Made by a program: the position numbers and the translations under genes. The notes below the pieces were generated by a model. The model was not told the DNA's origin. It did no database searches and saw only the letters and a list, made by a program, of their open reading frames with translations. Shown here one piece after another: positions 31,332-41,174 of a stretch of DNA of 64,000 nucleotides (the first letter of the stretch is position 1; every line of letters starts with the position of its first letter). This stretch comes from Collinsella sp. (GTDB taxonomy: Bacteria; Actinomycetota; Coriobacteriia; Coriobacteriales; Coriobacteriaceae), in NCBI GenBank assembly GCA_018380195.1, contig JAGZUC010000003.1:55769-119768 (forward strand), given 5' to 3'.

Positions 31332-32048
31332 TTACTCCTCCTTCGTATCAAAATCCATGATGATGCCTTCGACCGGTGCAGGACCGGCGGGAATCTCGGG
31401 CGCATCGGGGTTGAGCTCGCGGTCGACATACTCCGGGTTCACGCCGTGGCCGCCCAAATACTCCATGCCGGGGCCCTGGGGCTCACCGGACGCAAGCGTC
31501 TCGTTGGCAGCCATGCCGCGCGCGTTGCCGGTCTTTACGGCCGAGGCGGCGCGCAGGGCGTCGAGCTCGCGCTTGCACTCCTGGCACATACCGACGGTAC
31601 GGGCAGCCTGCTCGGCCTCCATGCCGCCGGCCTTTTGCAGCAGGCGCTTGGCGTAGTCGATCTCCTTGTGCGGGGCGAACGGCTTGCCGCAGCGCGAGCA
31701 GTGCTCGAGCGTATAGACGCTCTTGCTGGTGAGGTCGTCCTTGCTCATGACGGCCAGCTCAAACTCCTCGGTGAGCTTGATGGCCTCCATGGGGCAGGCT
31801 TCCTCACAGCGGCCGCAAAAGATGCAGCGGCCGTAGTCGATCGACCAGGTGATGGTATCGGCCGCAAGGTCGGTGTCCATGCGAATGGCATCGGCCGGGC
31901 ACGCCACGCCGCAGGCACCGCAGGCGATGCAAAGCTCGGCATTGTGCTCGGGCTTGCCGCGCATGTCCTTGTTGGTGGGGAACGGCGCAAACGGGTACTT
32001 GACCGTCGCGTCGCCGGCCTTGGCGTTAACCTTCCAAAGCTTCAGCAT
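31332..32048 (-). CDS. hyfH: formate hydrogenlyase 2x[4Fe-4S] ferredoxin subunit (HycF/HyfH)
   Basis: Two CxxCxxCxxxCP motifs. Start at MLKLWKV, just after the hyfG stop, with GAGGAGG upstream. The track ORF extends 41 codons further with no support. Confidence 0.8.
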   Translation of the reverse strand: MLKLWKVNAKAGDATVKYPFAPFPTNKDMRGKPEHNAELCIACGACGVACPADAIRMDTDLAADTITWSIDYGRCIFCGRCEEACPMEAIKLTEEFELAVMSKDDLTSKSVYTLEHCSRCGKPFAPHKEIDYAKRLLQKAGGMEAEQAARTVGMCQECKRELDALRAASAVKTGNARGMAANETLASGEPQGPGMEYLGGHGVNPEYVDRELNPDAPEIPAGPAPVEGIIMDFDTKEE

Positions 32049-32049
32049 A

Positions 32050-33822
32050 TTAGAGCGCCTCCTCATCGAGCGGAGCGGCCATGGTGCCCTCGCCCGCAAG
32101 CGGCGACTTGTCGCGCCAGACGTTCTCGAACTGCTCCTTGTCGAGCACGTGGTCGCGCTTGGCGGCGACATCGGTCACCGTCACGCGGTCGGTGCAGGAG
32201 TAGCACGGATCGAGCGAGCCGACGATCAGCGCAGCGTCGCCCACGGTGTTGCCGCGGAACATGTAGCGCAGGACCGGCCAGTTGCTGTACGTGGCAGCCT
32301 TGGCGCGCCAGCGGTAGCACTTCTGGTTGTTGCCGAGCATGGCCCAGTGCACGTCCTCGCCGCGCGGCGCCTCGGTGGCGCCGATGGCGTACTTGTGCGG
32401 GGTGTACTCCCAATCCGTGGTGAGGATGGGGCCCGACGGGCAGTTCTCGAGCATGGTCTCGATCATGTCGATCGAATCGTAGACCTCCTGGATGCGGACG
32501 GCGGTACGGCCGAAGGCATCGCAGGTGTCGGCCGTAGCAGCATGCATCTTCTGAACATCCGGATCGGTGTAGCCGTCGAAGGGATGGTCAAAGCGCACGT
32601 CGCGGGCATAGCCCGAGCCACGCATGAGCGGGCCGACCGGCGAGAAGTCGCGTGCGATCTTGCGGTCCAAGATGCCGATACCGCTCGTACGCTCAATGAA
32701 GTTGGGCGTGGAGAGCAAGACGTCGACGAGCTCCTGAACCTCGGAGCGCAGCTGGTGGATGGTCGTGAGCGTGGAGAGCTTCTGCTCGGCCAAAATGTCA
32801 CGACGCACGCCGCCGATCACGTTGAGACCGTAGGTCTTGCGGTGACCGGAGAGTTTCTCGGCCAGGTCCATAGACTTCTCGCGGACGCGGAAGAACTGCT
32901 GGAAGCCGGAGTCGAAGCCGGTGTAGTGCGATGCGAGGCCAATATTGAGCAGGTGTGAGTGCAGACGCTCGACCTCGAGCATGATGGCGCGGATGTACTG
33001 CGCGCGCGGCGGGACGTGAATGCCCTGGGCGCGCTCGACAGCCTCGGCGTAGGCCACCGAGTGGGCGCAGCCGCAGATACCGCAGATACGGTCGGCAAGG
33101 AACGTCACGGCGTCATAGTTCAGGCGCGTCTCGGCGACCTTCTCCATGCCGCGATGCACGTAGAACAGGCGGTAGTCGGCATCGACGATCGTCTCGCCCT
33201 CCACGAACAGGCGGAAGTGGCCGGGCTCGTCGGAGGTGATGTGCAGCGGTCCCATGGGGACGAGCGTAGTCTCCTTGCCCTTGGTATCGGCCAAGAACTC
33301 GTAGTTTTCCATATCACTCGCGGGAGCGGGACGGAAGCGGTAGTCCATGGAGTCCTTGCGCAGCGGGTACAGGCCGCTGGGCCAATCGTCGGGCAGCACC
33401 AGGCGACGACGGTCGGGCAGACCCTCGGGGATCAGGCCGAACATGTCGCGAAGCTCGCGCTCGCCCCACACACAGGCGGGGACGAACGGTGTCACGGACG
33501 GGAACGTCATCTTGGCGGGCTCGACCTCGGTGCGCACGGTCACCCAACCGGGATCCTCCCCCTCCATGGAGATGACATAGTACACGGCGTAACGGCCGCA
33601 CAGGCTGCGCTCATCGTTGCCGATGATCACGGGAATCCAGCCGTAGCGCTCGTAATACAGGTAGTGGACGGCCTCGGGCAGCTTGTCCTGCTTGACGGTA
33701 ATCGTCAGCTGGTCCTCGCACTGCCACTCGACCTTCTCGATGCAGCCCGGAACGGCGCGGCGCAGGGCCTCGACATGGCTCTCGCAGCGACGGGCATACA
33801 CCTTGTTCTCAGTTTCAATCAT
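32050..33822 (-). CDS. hyfG: [NiFe] hydrogenase large subunit (HycE/HyfG, fused NuoC-NuoD-like)
   Basis: N-terminal RxCGxC nickel-binding motif (RICGICGCAH) and C-terminal DPCYSCTDR motif. 590 aa. Confidence 0.9.
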   Translation of the reverse strand: MIETENKVYARRCESHVEALRRAVPGCIEKVEWQCEDQLTITVKQDKLPEAVHYLYYERYGWIPVIIGNDERSLCGRYAVYYVISMEGEDPGWVTVRTEVEPAKMTFPSVTPFVPACVWGERELRDMFGLIPEGLPDRRRLVLPDDWPSGLYPLRKDSMDYRFRPAPASDMENYEFLADTKGKETTLVPMGPLHITSDEPGHFRLFVEGETIVDADYRLFYVHRGMEKVAETRLNYDAVTFLADRICGICGCAHSVAYAEAVERAQGIHVPPRAQYIRAIMLEVERLHSHLLNIGLASHYTGFDSGFQQFFRVREKSMDLAEKLSGHRKTYGLNVIGGVRRDILAEQKLSTLTTIHQLRSEVQELVDVLLSTPNFIERTSGIGILDRKIARDFSPVGPLMRGSGYARDVRFDHPFDGYTDPDVQKMHAATADTCDAFGRTAVRIQEVYDSIDMIETMLENCPSGPILTTDWEYTPHKYAIGATEAPRGEDVHWAMLGNNQKCYRWRAKAATYSNWPVLRYMFRGNTVGDAALIVGSLDPCYSCTDRVTVTDVAAKRDHVLDKEQFENVWRDKSPLAGEGTMAAPLDEEAL

Positions 33823-33825
33823 TCG

Positions 33826-35385
33826 TTACTCCACCTCGCTCTGAGCGGTCTCGGTACCGAACACAGCGCGGTACATCGGCGTCGCGTGAAGCTCCTCGGT
33901 GCTCTGCTCGAGCACGATGCCGGTCGCGGTCTCCACACCGTGCACGAGAGGCAGCGGGGTGGCGATGCCAAACCACAAGATCATGACAGCCAGGATGATT
34001 TCGGGAATAAGCATGAGCGCCGGGGCCTCATGCTTGCCCATGCCCTGGGGCGCATGGCCGAACACCGACTTGAGTGCGATGCGGGTGAGCGCGGAGATGG
34101 CCACGGTAAGACCGAGGGCGACCACGACGACCAGCCACATGGGACCGGCGGTGACACCGGCGACAAAAGTCAGGAACTCGGAGATAAACATGCCAAAGGG
34201 CGGGAAGGCACCAAGACCGAGCAGTGCCAAGATGGCGAGCGCGGCGGTTGCGGGGGCAACCTCGACGACACCCTGAATCTTAGCCAGGCTACGCGTGCCA
34301 AAGGCGTGCTGGATGTTGCCGGACACGCAGAAGGCAAGCGTCTTGGTAAAACCGTGGAACACGCAGTGCAGCAGGGCTGCGGCGATACCCAGCGGGCCAC
34401 CGATACCCAGGCACAGGGCGATAACGCCCACGTTCTCCACAGACGAGTACGCAAAGCGGCGCTTGAGGTCGTCCTGGCGAAACATCGAAAGTGCCGCCAC
34501 CAAAATGGACAGCGTGCCGACGATCAACAGCAAAAGTTGCGGATACTCGGCGCCCACGGCCTGGATGGTAAAGCCGTAGAAGCGCATGATCACAAGCATG
34601 GCGCACTTAAGCAGCACGCCAGAGAGCAGGGCCGAGACAGGGCTCGGGGCCTGGGAGTGGGCATCGGGCAGCCAGGTGTGCATGGGGAACAGGCCGGCCT
34701 TGGTGCCAAAGCCGATCACGATAAACGCAAAGGCGAGGCGCATGAGCGTCGGGTCGAACTGTTCGGCGTACGGCAGCACGCATGACAGGAATGCGGCCTC
34801 GTGGGCGTTGGGAATCACGTCGGCGGCGTTGGCGTAGATCAGCAGTGTACCGAACAGGCCGAAGGCCACGCCGGCGGTGCAGACCATCGCATACTTCCAA
34901 GAAGCCTCGAGGGCCGTCTTGTTCTTGTAGATACCCACGAGGAACACGGTGGAAAGCGTGGTTGCCTCCACGGCGGCCCACGTGAGGATCATGTTGTTGG
35001 ACAGGCACGCGAGCAGCATGGTGAACACGAACAGGCTAAACAGCGCAAAATACTGCTTGGCGCGCTCGGCGGGCATGGAGCCCTCCTCGATATCGGCCTT
35101 TACATAGGGCAGCGAGAACAGCCCCGTAAGAAAACCGATAAAGCCGATGAGCAGCACAAAGATGGCGCCCAGCGAATCGAGGTGAAACCACAGGCCAAGA
35201 GCGCTCGCGGTGTCGCCGCTCATAAGGACGTCGCCGGCCGTCATAATCGACAGCACCAGGACGGCTGCGACGGAGACCAGGTTGAGACCGGCAAACACGT
35301 TATAGGACGTGTTCTTGGGCAAAAATGCCATGACCAGCGAGAACGCCAAAGGAGTCGCGAGCAGGGCGAGAATCAACGTTTCCAT
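33826..35385 (-). CDS. hyfF: hydrogenase-4 membrane subunit HyfF (NuoN/antiporter-like)
   Basis: Polytopic NuoL/M/N-family pattern. Start overlaps the hyfE stop and has a GAGGGGG ribosome-binding site. Confidence 0.8.
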   Translation of the reverse strand: METLILALLATPLAFSLVMAFLPKNTSYNVFAGLNLVSVAAVLVLSIMTAGDVLMSGDTASALGLWFHLDSLGAIFVLLIGFIGFLTGLFSLPYVKADIEEGSMPAERAKQYFALFSLFVFTMLLACLSNNMILTWAAVEATTLSTVFLVGIYKNKTALEASWKYAMVCTAGVAFGLFGTLLIYANAADVIPNAHEAAFLSCVLPYAEQFDPTLMRLAFAFIVIGFGTKAGLFPMHTWLPDAHSQAPSPVSALLSGVLLKCAMLVIMRFYGFTIQAVGAEYPQLLLLIVGTLSILVAALSMFRQDDLKRRFAYSSVENVGVIALCLGIGGPLGIAAALLHCVFHGFTKTLAFCVSGNIQHAFGTRSLAKIQGVVEVAPATAALAILALLGLGAFPPFGMFISEFLTFVAGVTAGPMWLVVVVALGLTVAISALTRIALKSVFGHAPQGMGKHEAPALMLIPEIILAVMILWFGIATPLPLVHGVETATGIVLEQSTEELHATPMYRAVFGTETAQSEVE

Positions 35386-35388
35386 GGA

Positions 35389-36042
35389 CTACCCCCTCAG
35401 CTCGGACAGGTCGCGCGCATCGAGCGAGTGGGAGTCGTCCCAAATGCGACGCACGACGATGGACATGATGATGACGGCAAAGATGGCGTCGGTGGCGATA
35501 CCGATCTCGATGATCTCGGGAGCGGTGGGGGCCAAAAGCGCGAGCGTCACATGGCTGCCGTTTTCCATAAGGCAGTATCCAAAGATCTGCTTCATGATGT
35601 TGCGCTGCGAAATGATGCAGGTGAGGCCCACAAAGAAGTGAGCGAAGCTAATAGCGAGCGCAGGCGTTGCGACCTCGGCCGTGGGCAGGCTGATCTGCGT
35701 CACGACGGCAAAGCAGATCGCTACCTCGACGGCGATGATGCAAATGGCCCACGCGGGCTTAAGGCCGGCCTTGAGCGATGCGTCGCTCGGCTCACCCATC
35801 TTCTTGTATGCGCGGTTGAGGATATAAGGGACCAGGACGACCTTGGTGATAAAGGCAGATCCGGCCCACATAAGCAGCTCCTGCGCACCGGTGGTGGCAC
35901 CGAGCGTGGCGAGCAGCCCCACGAGCACCAGCGACTGCACTGCATACCAGCTGATGGCATGCTTGATGTTCTTGGAGACGACCACCATGGTGGACGTGAC
36001 GATCAGAAGGCCGCCAAGGATGTTGACGATCGAATAACCCAT
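35389..36042 (-). CDS. hyfE: hydrogenase-4 membrane subunit HyfE
   Basis: Small polytopic membrane protein in the Hyf position. AGGAGG ribosome-binding site. Confidence 0.75.
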   Translation of the reverse strand: MGYSIVNILGGLLIVTSTMVVVSKNIKHAISWYAVQSLVLVGLLATLGATTGAQELLMWAGSAFITKVVLVPYILNRAYKKMGEPSDASLKAGLKPAWAICIIAVEVAICFAVVTQISLPTAEVATPALAISFAHFFVGLTCIISQRNIMKQIFGYCLMENGSHVTLALLAPTAPEIIEIGIATDAIFAVIIMSIVVRRIWDDSHSLDARDLSELRG

Positions 36043-36055
36043 GTCGTTCTACCTC

Positions 36056-37513
36056 CTAACCGATCCAGCTGGCCGAAAGCGGGCCGCTGACGATGACCAT
36101 GATGATGAGCACGATGAACACGAATGCCATTGCCTTGGGGAGCGGTGCACCAGCGGCGACTTCCTCGCTCGGCTCGCCGGGCAGGCAATAGCCCATCCAC
36201 TTGAGGAACCAGGCGAAGGTGGCGACGGTCTCGGCAACCATGATGCACACGAGCACCAGGATCGCAACGTTGCCGGCACCAACAGAGAAGCCGCCGGCGA
36301 TGATCTGGAACTTCGAGAAGAACGTGTTCATGGGCGGCACGCCGGCAATGGCGAGCGCGGCGACACCAAAGCCCACGCCCGAGATCGGGTACTTCTTTAC
36401 GATGCCGCGAAGCTTGGGCAGCATACGCGTGCCGAGCGTGAAGGAGAACGAACCGGCGATCAGGAAGAACAGCGTCTTGGCGAAAGCGTGGTTAAAGATG
36501 TGGCACACGGCGCCATCAAAGGCCAGCTGGCTGCCAAAGACCGAAAGGCCCAGACCAAAGAACACATAGGAGAGCTGGGCGATCGTGGAGAAGGCCAGCA
36601 AACGCTTCACGTCCTTTTGCGGCAGGTACATAAGGAAACCAAAGAGCATGGTGACCATGGCGTCGATAATGGCGACCCAGCCCACGATCTCGGGAATCTC
36701 GCCGGCAGAGACAAGTGCACGCGCGAACACGCACACGCCGACCTTAACCATCGAGGCACCATGCAGGTAGGCCGAAACAGGCGTCGGTGCCTCCATGGCC
36801 GAAGGCAGCCACATGTACATGGGAACCTGTGCGGACTTGGCCCAGGCCGCAAACAGCACGAGCAAAAGGACGATAGCCTTGAGCTTGGCATCGAGGCCGG
36901 CAATCGCGGTAATGGCGAAGGTGCCGGTGTGGGCAAACACGATGGCAGCGCCCAGATACAGGCCGAGCGCACCGATATGCGTGATGATCAGGGCCTTCAT
37001 GCCGGCCTTCTTGGCCGTAGGCGTCATGTAGTAGCTAATGAGGCCCCAAGAGCACGCACCCGTGATCTCAAAGAACACGAGCTGGCCCAAAAGGGTCGAG
37101 CTGTACACGAGGCCGGCCATGGCGCCGATGAAGGTCGCGAGGTACGCGTAGAAGCGACGACGCGGCGCGTCGGGATGCTCACGGTTATTCTCGCTCATAT
37201 AGGGGATCGAATAGATCACGACAAGCAGGCCGATACCCACAAAGGCGGGCGCGAGCAGCGTGCTCATGCGATCGAAGGTGAATCCCATGACGAGGGTCTG
37301 CCCAAACGAGATCAGGGGGACCTGCGTGTCGGGCATGCCGGCGCCAGCGAAATTCGCGGCGAGGGCGATGGTGCAGACCGTCGAGACGGCGGCACCCAAA
37401 ACGCTGAACCACTTGGCGTACGGACGGGGGAACAGGGCGACGAGCACCGAGGCCACCATCGGGGCCGCGATAGCGACCAAGCCGAGAAGGGACAGACTGA
37501 CTGCAAATGACAT
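36056..37513 (-). CDS. hyfD: hydrogenase-4 membrane subunit HyfD (NuoM/antiporter-like)
   Basis: NuoM-like antiporter family pattern. GGAGAAGGGAG ribosome-binding site. Confidence 0.8.
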   Translation of the reverse strand: MSFAVSLSLLGLVAIAAPMVASVLVALFPRPYAKWFSVLGAAVSTVCTIALAANFAGAGMPDTQVPLISFGQTLVMGFTFDRMSTLLAPAFVGIGLLVVIYSIPYMSENNREHPDAPRRRFYAYLATFIGAMAGLVYSSTLLGQLVFFEITGACSWGLISYYMTPTAKKAGMKALIITHIGALGLYLGAAIVFAHTGTFAITAIAGLDAKLKAIVLLLVLFAAWAKSAQVPMYMWLPSAMEAPTPVSAYLHGASMVKVGVCVFARALVSAGEIPEIVGWVAIIDAMVTMLFGFLMYLPQKDVKRLLAFSTIAQLSYVFFGLGLSVFGSQLAFDGAVCHIFNHAFAKTLFFLIAGSFSFTLGTRMLPKLRGIVKKYPISGVGFGVAALAIAGVPPMNTFFSKFQIIAGGFSVGAGNVAILVLVCIMVAETVATFAWFLKWMGYCLPGEPSEEVAAGAPLPKAMAFVFIVLIIMVIVSGPLSASWIG

Positions 37514-37528
37514 TGTTTCTCCCTTCTC

Positions 37529-38455
37529 CTACACGCCGACGACCACGAAGACAAACGCCAGAACGGCGATGCCCACGACAGCCCAGGTCTGATTACCGAG
37601 TACCTTAAAACGCGAGCGCGAGCAGGAGTTCTCGATCACGCCGCATACGACAAAGTCGATCAGGCACTTCACCAGGAAGATGACGGCGCCCAGAACGGCG
37701 GCAGCGCCCATGGTCGCGGGCTCGCCCCAGGGGACGAAGATCGCGCAGAACCAGGCGACGACCAGGACCTGTTTCATAGACATGGCGAGCTTGGCCATGG
37801 CGAGCGACGGGCCGGAAAGCTCGGCGAGCGGACCTTCCTGAAGCTCCTGCTCGGCCTCGGCCTGATCAAACGGCAACTTGCCGAGTTCCATGTAGCAGGC
37901 AATCGCAAAGGCAATGCCGGCGAGGATCACGGCGACCGGCGCGTCGATGGCGCCCGTCATGATGTGCTGACCCATGGTGGCGATGTCGGTGGAGCCGCAC
38001 ACCAGGGCGGCGGCAAACAGCGCCAGCAGCATGGACGGCTCGATGAGCACGCTCATGAGCAGCTCGCGAACGCCGCCGATACCGGCGTAGGCGTTGGACG
38101 AATCCACACCGCAGAGGGCGAAGAAGAAGCGGGCGAGCGCCAGGCTGTACATGATGGTGATGGCGTCACCAAAGACCGGGATGGGGCTTTGTGCCGTAAA
38201 GAGCGGCAAGCCCATCGCGAGCATAAAGGCGACGGCGAAGAACAGCGGCGGCATGATGCGCAGCGCAAAGCTCGCATCCTCGCTCTGGGACTCGGGGCGC
38301 GCAAAGAGCTTGGCCAGGTCGCGGTAGTCCTGCATGATGCTGGGGCCGCGACGGTTGTGCATCTTGGCGCGGATCACGCGGCCGAGACCGGAGAAGAACG
38401 GAGCGACGGCCATGACGACCACGCCCTGCAGAACGGCAAGTACGATGTTGTTCAT
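37529..38455 (-). CDS. hyfC: formate hydrogenlyase membrane subunit HycD/HyfC (NuoH-like)
   Basis: NuoH-like helix pattern. AAGGAGGGGAG ribosome-binding site; start overlaps the hyfB stop. Confidence 0.82.
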   Translation of the reverse strand: MNNIVLAVLQGVVVMAVAPFFSGLGRVIRAKMHNRRGPSIMQDYRDLAKLFARPESQSEDASFALRIMPPLFFAVAFMLAMGLPLFTAQSPIPVFGDAITIMYSLALARFFFALCGVDSSNAYAGIGGVRELLMSVLIEPSMLLALFAAALVCGSTDIATMGQHIMTGAIDAPVAVILAGIAFAIACYMELGKLPFDQAEAEQELQEGPLAELSGPSLAMAKLAMSMKQVLVVAWFCAIFVPWGEPATMGAAAVLGAVIFLVKCLIDFVVCGVIENSCSRSRFKVLGNQTWAVVGIAVLAFVFVVVGV

Positions 38456-38467
38456 GCTCTCCCCTCC

Positions 38468-40486
38468 TTAACCCATTTGCACGGCGAGCACGAGGAACAC
38501 CACGAGTGCCGCGACGATATAGCAGATATAGATGCTGTAGTTGCCGCCCTCGAGCTTAGTCGCGAGGTCGGCGAGCTTCTCGACACCCTTATGCGGGGCA
38601 TCGACGAGAACCTTGTCGGGTACGGGCTCCACAGCCTCGGCCACACCGGTGAGCTTCTGGAAGAAGTGCGCGATGGACCAGCAGACGGCCGTGCAGCGGT
38701 CGCGCAGCGTGTAGAGCGGCTGCATAAACCAGGACACCTCGGAGGCAAAGGTCGTGGCCACGACGGGCATATGCTCGTTGGGAGCATAGCCGCATGCCCA
38801 CGGCTGGGACTTTTGCACCTTACCGACGGTCTTGAGCTTGCGATAACCGCAAGCAAGGCCGACAAGCACCACGAGCGCAATGGCGATCGCGGGCGTGGAG
38901 GTGGCGGCGCCGGAGTACTGGTTCATGAGCTCCATGCCCTCGGCGGCAAACACGCCACCGTACGGATGCAACACGGACGCGGCGACATCGACCAGCACAG
39001 GCGCGATCACGGGAGCGCCAATGCCCAGCACGACGCAGATGGCCGCAAGCAGCCCCTGCGCAAACACCATGGGGGCGGGAACCTCCTTGGCATTGGCCGC
39101 GGCCTCGGAGCGGGGCGCGGAGGCAAAGGAGACACCATAGGCCTTGACGAAGCACGTAACAGCCAGCGCGCCGGTAATGGCAAGCGCGACGGCAGCGAAC
39201 ACGGCCACGATCATGACGGCCTTGTCGCCCTGCATGGCGGCGTTAAACAGCGACTGGTAGGTAAACCACTCGGACACAAAGCCGTTGAAGGGCGGGATGG
39301 CCGAGATGGCAAGCGCGCCAACGAGGAAGCAGATGGCCGTTGCCGGCATACGACGGAACAGGCCGCCCATCTTCTCCATATTGCGCGCACCCGTGGAGTA
39401 CAGCAGCGCACCGGCGCCCAAGAACAGCTCGCCCTTAAACATCGCATGGTTAAACGTGTGGTAGAGGGCGGCCATCAGGGCCAGGACGGCGATGCCGACA
39501 GAGTTGAGCGCCATGGCGGCCATGGAAGCGCCGACGCCGAGCAGAATGATGCCGATGTTCTCGACGGAGTGATAGGCCAGCAGGCGCTTGATGTCATGCT
39601 CCTGCAGGGCGAAGGCCACGCCGAGGACCGACGAGATCGCACCGAAGACCATGACCATAAGGCCCCACCAGACCTGAACGCCCGAAGCAGAAAGCAGGTC
39701 GAGACCAACCTTGAGGATACCGAAGATACCGATCTTGATCATGCCGCCGGACATGAGGGCCGACACGTTGGACGGCGCCTCGGGATGTGCCTTGGGCAGC
39801 CAGCCGTGCAGCGGGATGATACCGGCCTTGGCGCCAAAGCCAAAGAAGGCGAGCACGAAGCACACGGATGCGACCGCGGGGCTAAACTGCGTGGCACGGA
39901 AATCCGCAAAGGCAAACGAGCCGCCGGCGAAGTTGGTCATGGTGAGGAAGCTCGCCATGATGAGCACAAAGCCCACGTGCGCGATCACAAAGTAGAGCCA
40001 ACCACCATGGATGGAGTTCTCGTTCTCCTCGATTACGACCAGGAAGTACGAGGTCAGCGACATAAGCTCAAAGGCGACCAGGAACCAAAACACGTTGTCG
40101 GCTGTGATGACGAGCATCATGGAAGCCACGAAGGTGTTAAAGAAGAAGCCGGCGCGGCCCTTTTTGCCCGGGTACTCATCAAAGTAGTTGAGACCGTAGA
40201 TCGAACCGGCAAACGCGAGCACCGAGATGAGCGCCACGAACAGGCCGGACAGCTGATTGAGCAGCAGCTGGAAATGGGCAAACGGGAAAAACACGATGGT
40301 GTCGACCGACGTGACATCGCCCAGCACGGCCTGGATACCAGCCACAAACGAAAGCACCGCGGCGACGGCGCCGATAAGGCAGCCGGCGGTCTTGGCGGCG
40401 TTATCGGCCTTGATCAGCAGAACCGAGGCGAGCGCACCGATGCACGAGACGGCAAGCGATGCGATAAACAGCGTCATGCTATCCAT
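38468..40486 (-). CDS. hyfB: formate hydrogenlyase membrane subunit HycC/HyfB (NuoL-like)
   Basis: 672 aa antiporter-like protein. Start overlaps the hyfA stop; GAAGGGAG ribosome-binding site. Confidence 0.85.
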   Translation of the reverse strand: MDSMTLFIASLAVSCIGALASVLLIKADNAAKTAGCLIGAVAAVLSFVAGIQAVLGDVTSVDTIVFFPFAHFQLLLNQLSGLFVALISVLAFAGSIYGLNYFDEYPGKKGRAGFFFNTFVASMMLVITADNVFWFLVAFELMSLTSYFLVVIEENENSIHGGWLYFVIAHVGFVLIMASFLTMTNFAGGSFAFADFRATQFSPAVASVCFVLAFFGFGAKAGIIPLHGWLPKAHPEAPSNVSALMSGGMIKIGIFGILKVGLDLLSASGVQVWWGLMVMVFGAISSVLGVAFALQEHDIKRLLAYHSVENIGIILLGVGASMAAMALNSVGIAVLALMAALYHTFNHAMFKGELFLGAGALLYSTGARNMEKMGGLFRRMPATAICFLVGALAISAIPPFNGFVSEWFTYQSLFNAAMQGDKAVMIVAVFAAVALAITGALAVTCFVKAYGVSFASAPRSEAAANAKEVPAPMVFAQGLLAAICVVLGIGAPVIAPVLVDVAASVLHPYGGVFAAEGMELMNQYSGAATSTPAIAIALVVLVGLACGYRKLKTVGKVQKSQPWACGYAPNEHMPVVATTFASEVSWFMQPLYTLRDRCTAVCWSIAHFFQKLTGVAEAVEPVPDKVLVDAPHKGVEKLADLATKLEGGNYSIYICYIVAALVVFLVLAVQMG

Positions 40487-41096
40487 TGTTTACGCTCCCT
40501 TCTGCTTTCTCGGACAAACCCTGGGCCACAGCGGTAACGTCGACGGACGGACCGTTTTCGATCGAGCGCAGGCGCTTGGCCTCGTCGAGTTCGCGATCGG
40601 CCGCGCCGCCCATGACGGTCAGCGCCTTGGTGGGGCACGCCGCCACACAATGCGGGCCGTCCGGATCGAAGGCGCACAGGTCGCACTTGACGGCGCAGGT
40701 GTACTGGCCAGGAGCCCACGTAAGCAGGCTGCTCAGGGACTTAGGATACGAAGGTGTCGGGTCGCACATGCCTGCGACACCGGCGATAGACGTGCCATCG
40801 GGATGGATGGCACCGAAGGGGCACGCGATGGCGCACAGCCTGCACCCGATGCACTCCTGCTCCTTGACGTGGATGCGGTCGCCATCGTGCTCGATGGCAT
40901 TCACCGGGCAGACCTCGGCGCAGGGGGCACCCTCGCAATGGTGGCAGGCAAGGGCGGCCGAAATACCACCGGTCTTCACGAGCGCCAGGCGCGGCGTATC
41001 CTGAAGACCCTGCATCCGGTGGGCGTCGGCACAGGCGGACTGGCATGTTCCGCAGCCGATGCACCTCTCCGGGTTGATGTCGATGAAGCGGTTCAT
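40479..41096 (-). CDS. hyfA: 4Fe-4S ferredoxin-type subunit (HycB/HyfA)
   Basis: Four Cys clusters collinear with E. coli HycB. ATG of MNRFIDIN, 5-6 nt after AAGGAAG. Confidence 0.85.
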   Translation of the reverse strand: MNRFIDINPERCIGCGTCQSACADAHRMQGLQDTPRLALVKTGGISAALACHHCEGAPCAEVCPVNAIEHDGDRIHVKEQECIGCRLCAIACPFGAIHPDGTSIAGVAGMCDPTPSYPKSLSSLLTWAPGQYTCAVKCDLCAFDPDGPHCVAACPTKALTVMGGAADRELDEAKRLRSIENGPSVDVTAVAQGLSEKAEGSVNNG

Positions 41097-41111
41097 CCCC
41101 ACTTCCTTTCA

Positions 41112-41153
41112 AAATAACGGGCCGGGCTCCCGAACGTACGGGACGCCCGGCCC
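41112..41153 (-). terminator. intra-operon hairpin GGGCCGGGC-N17-GCCCGGCCC followed by GTTATTTTG (attenuator-like)
   Basis: Seen directly between the fdhF stop and the hyfA start. Confidence 0.45.
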
Positions 41154-41174
41154 AAAAAGCCAACGAGAACGGGA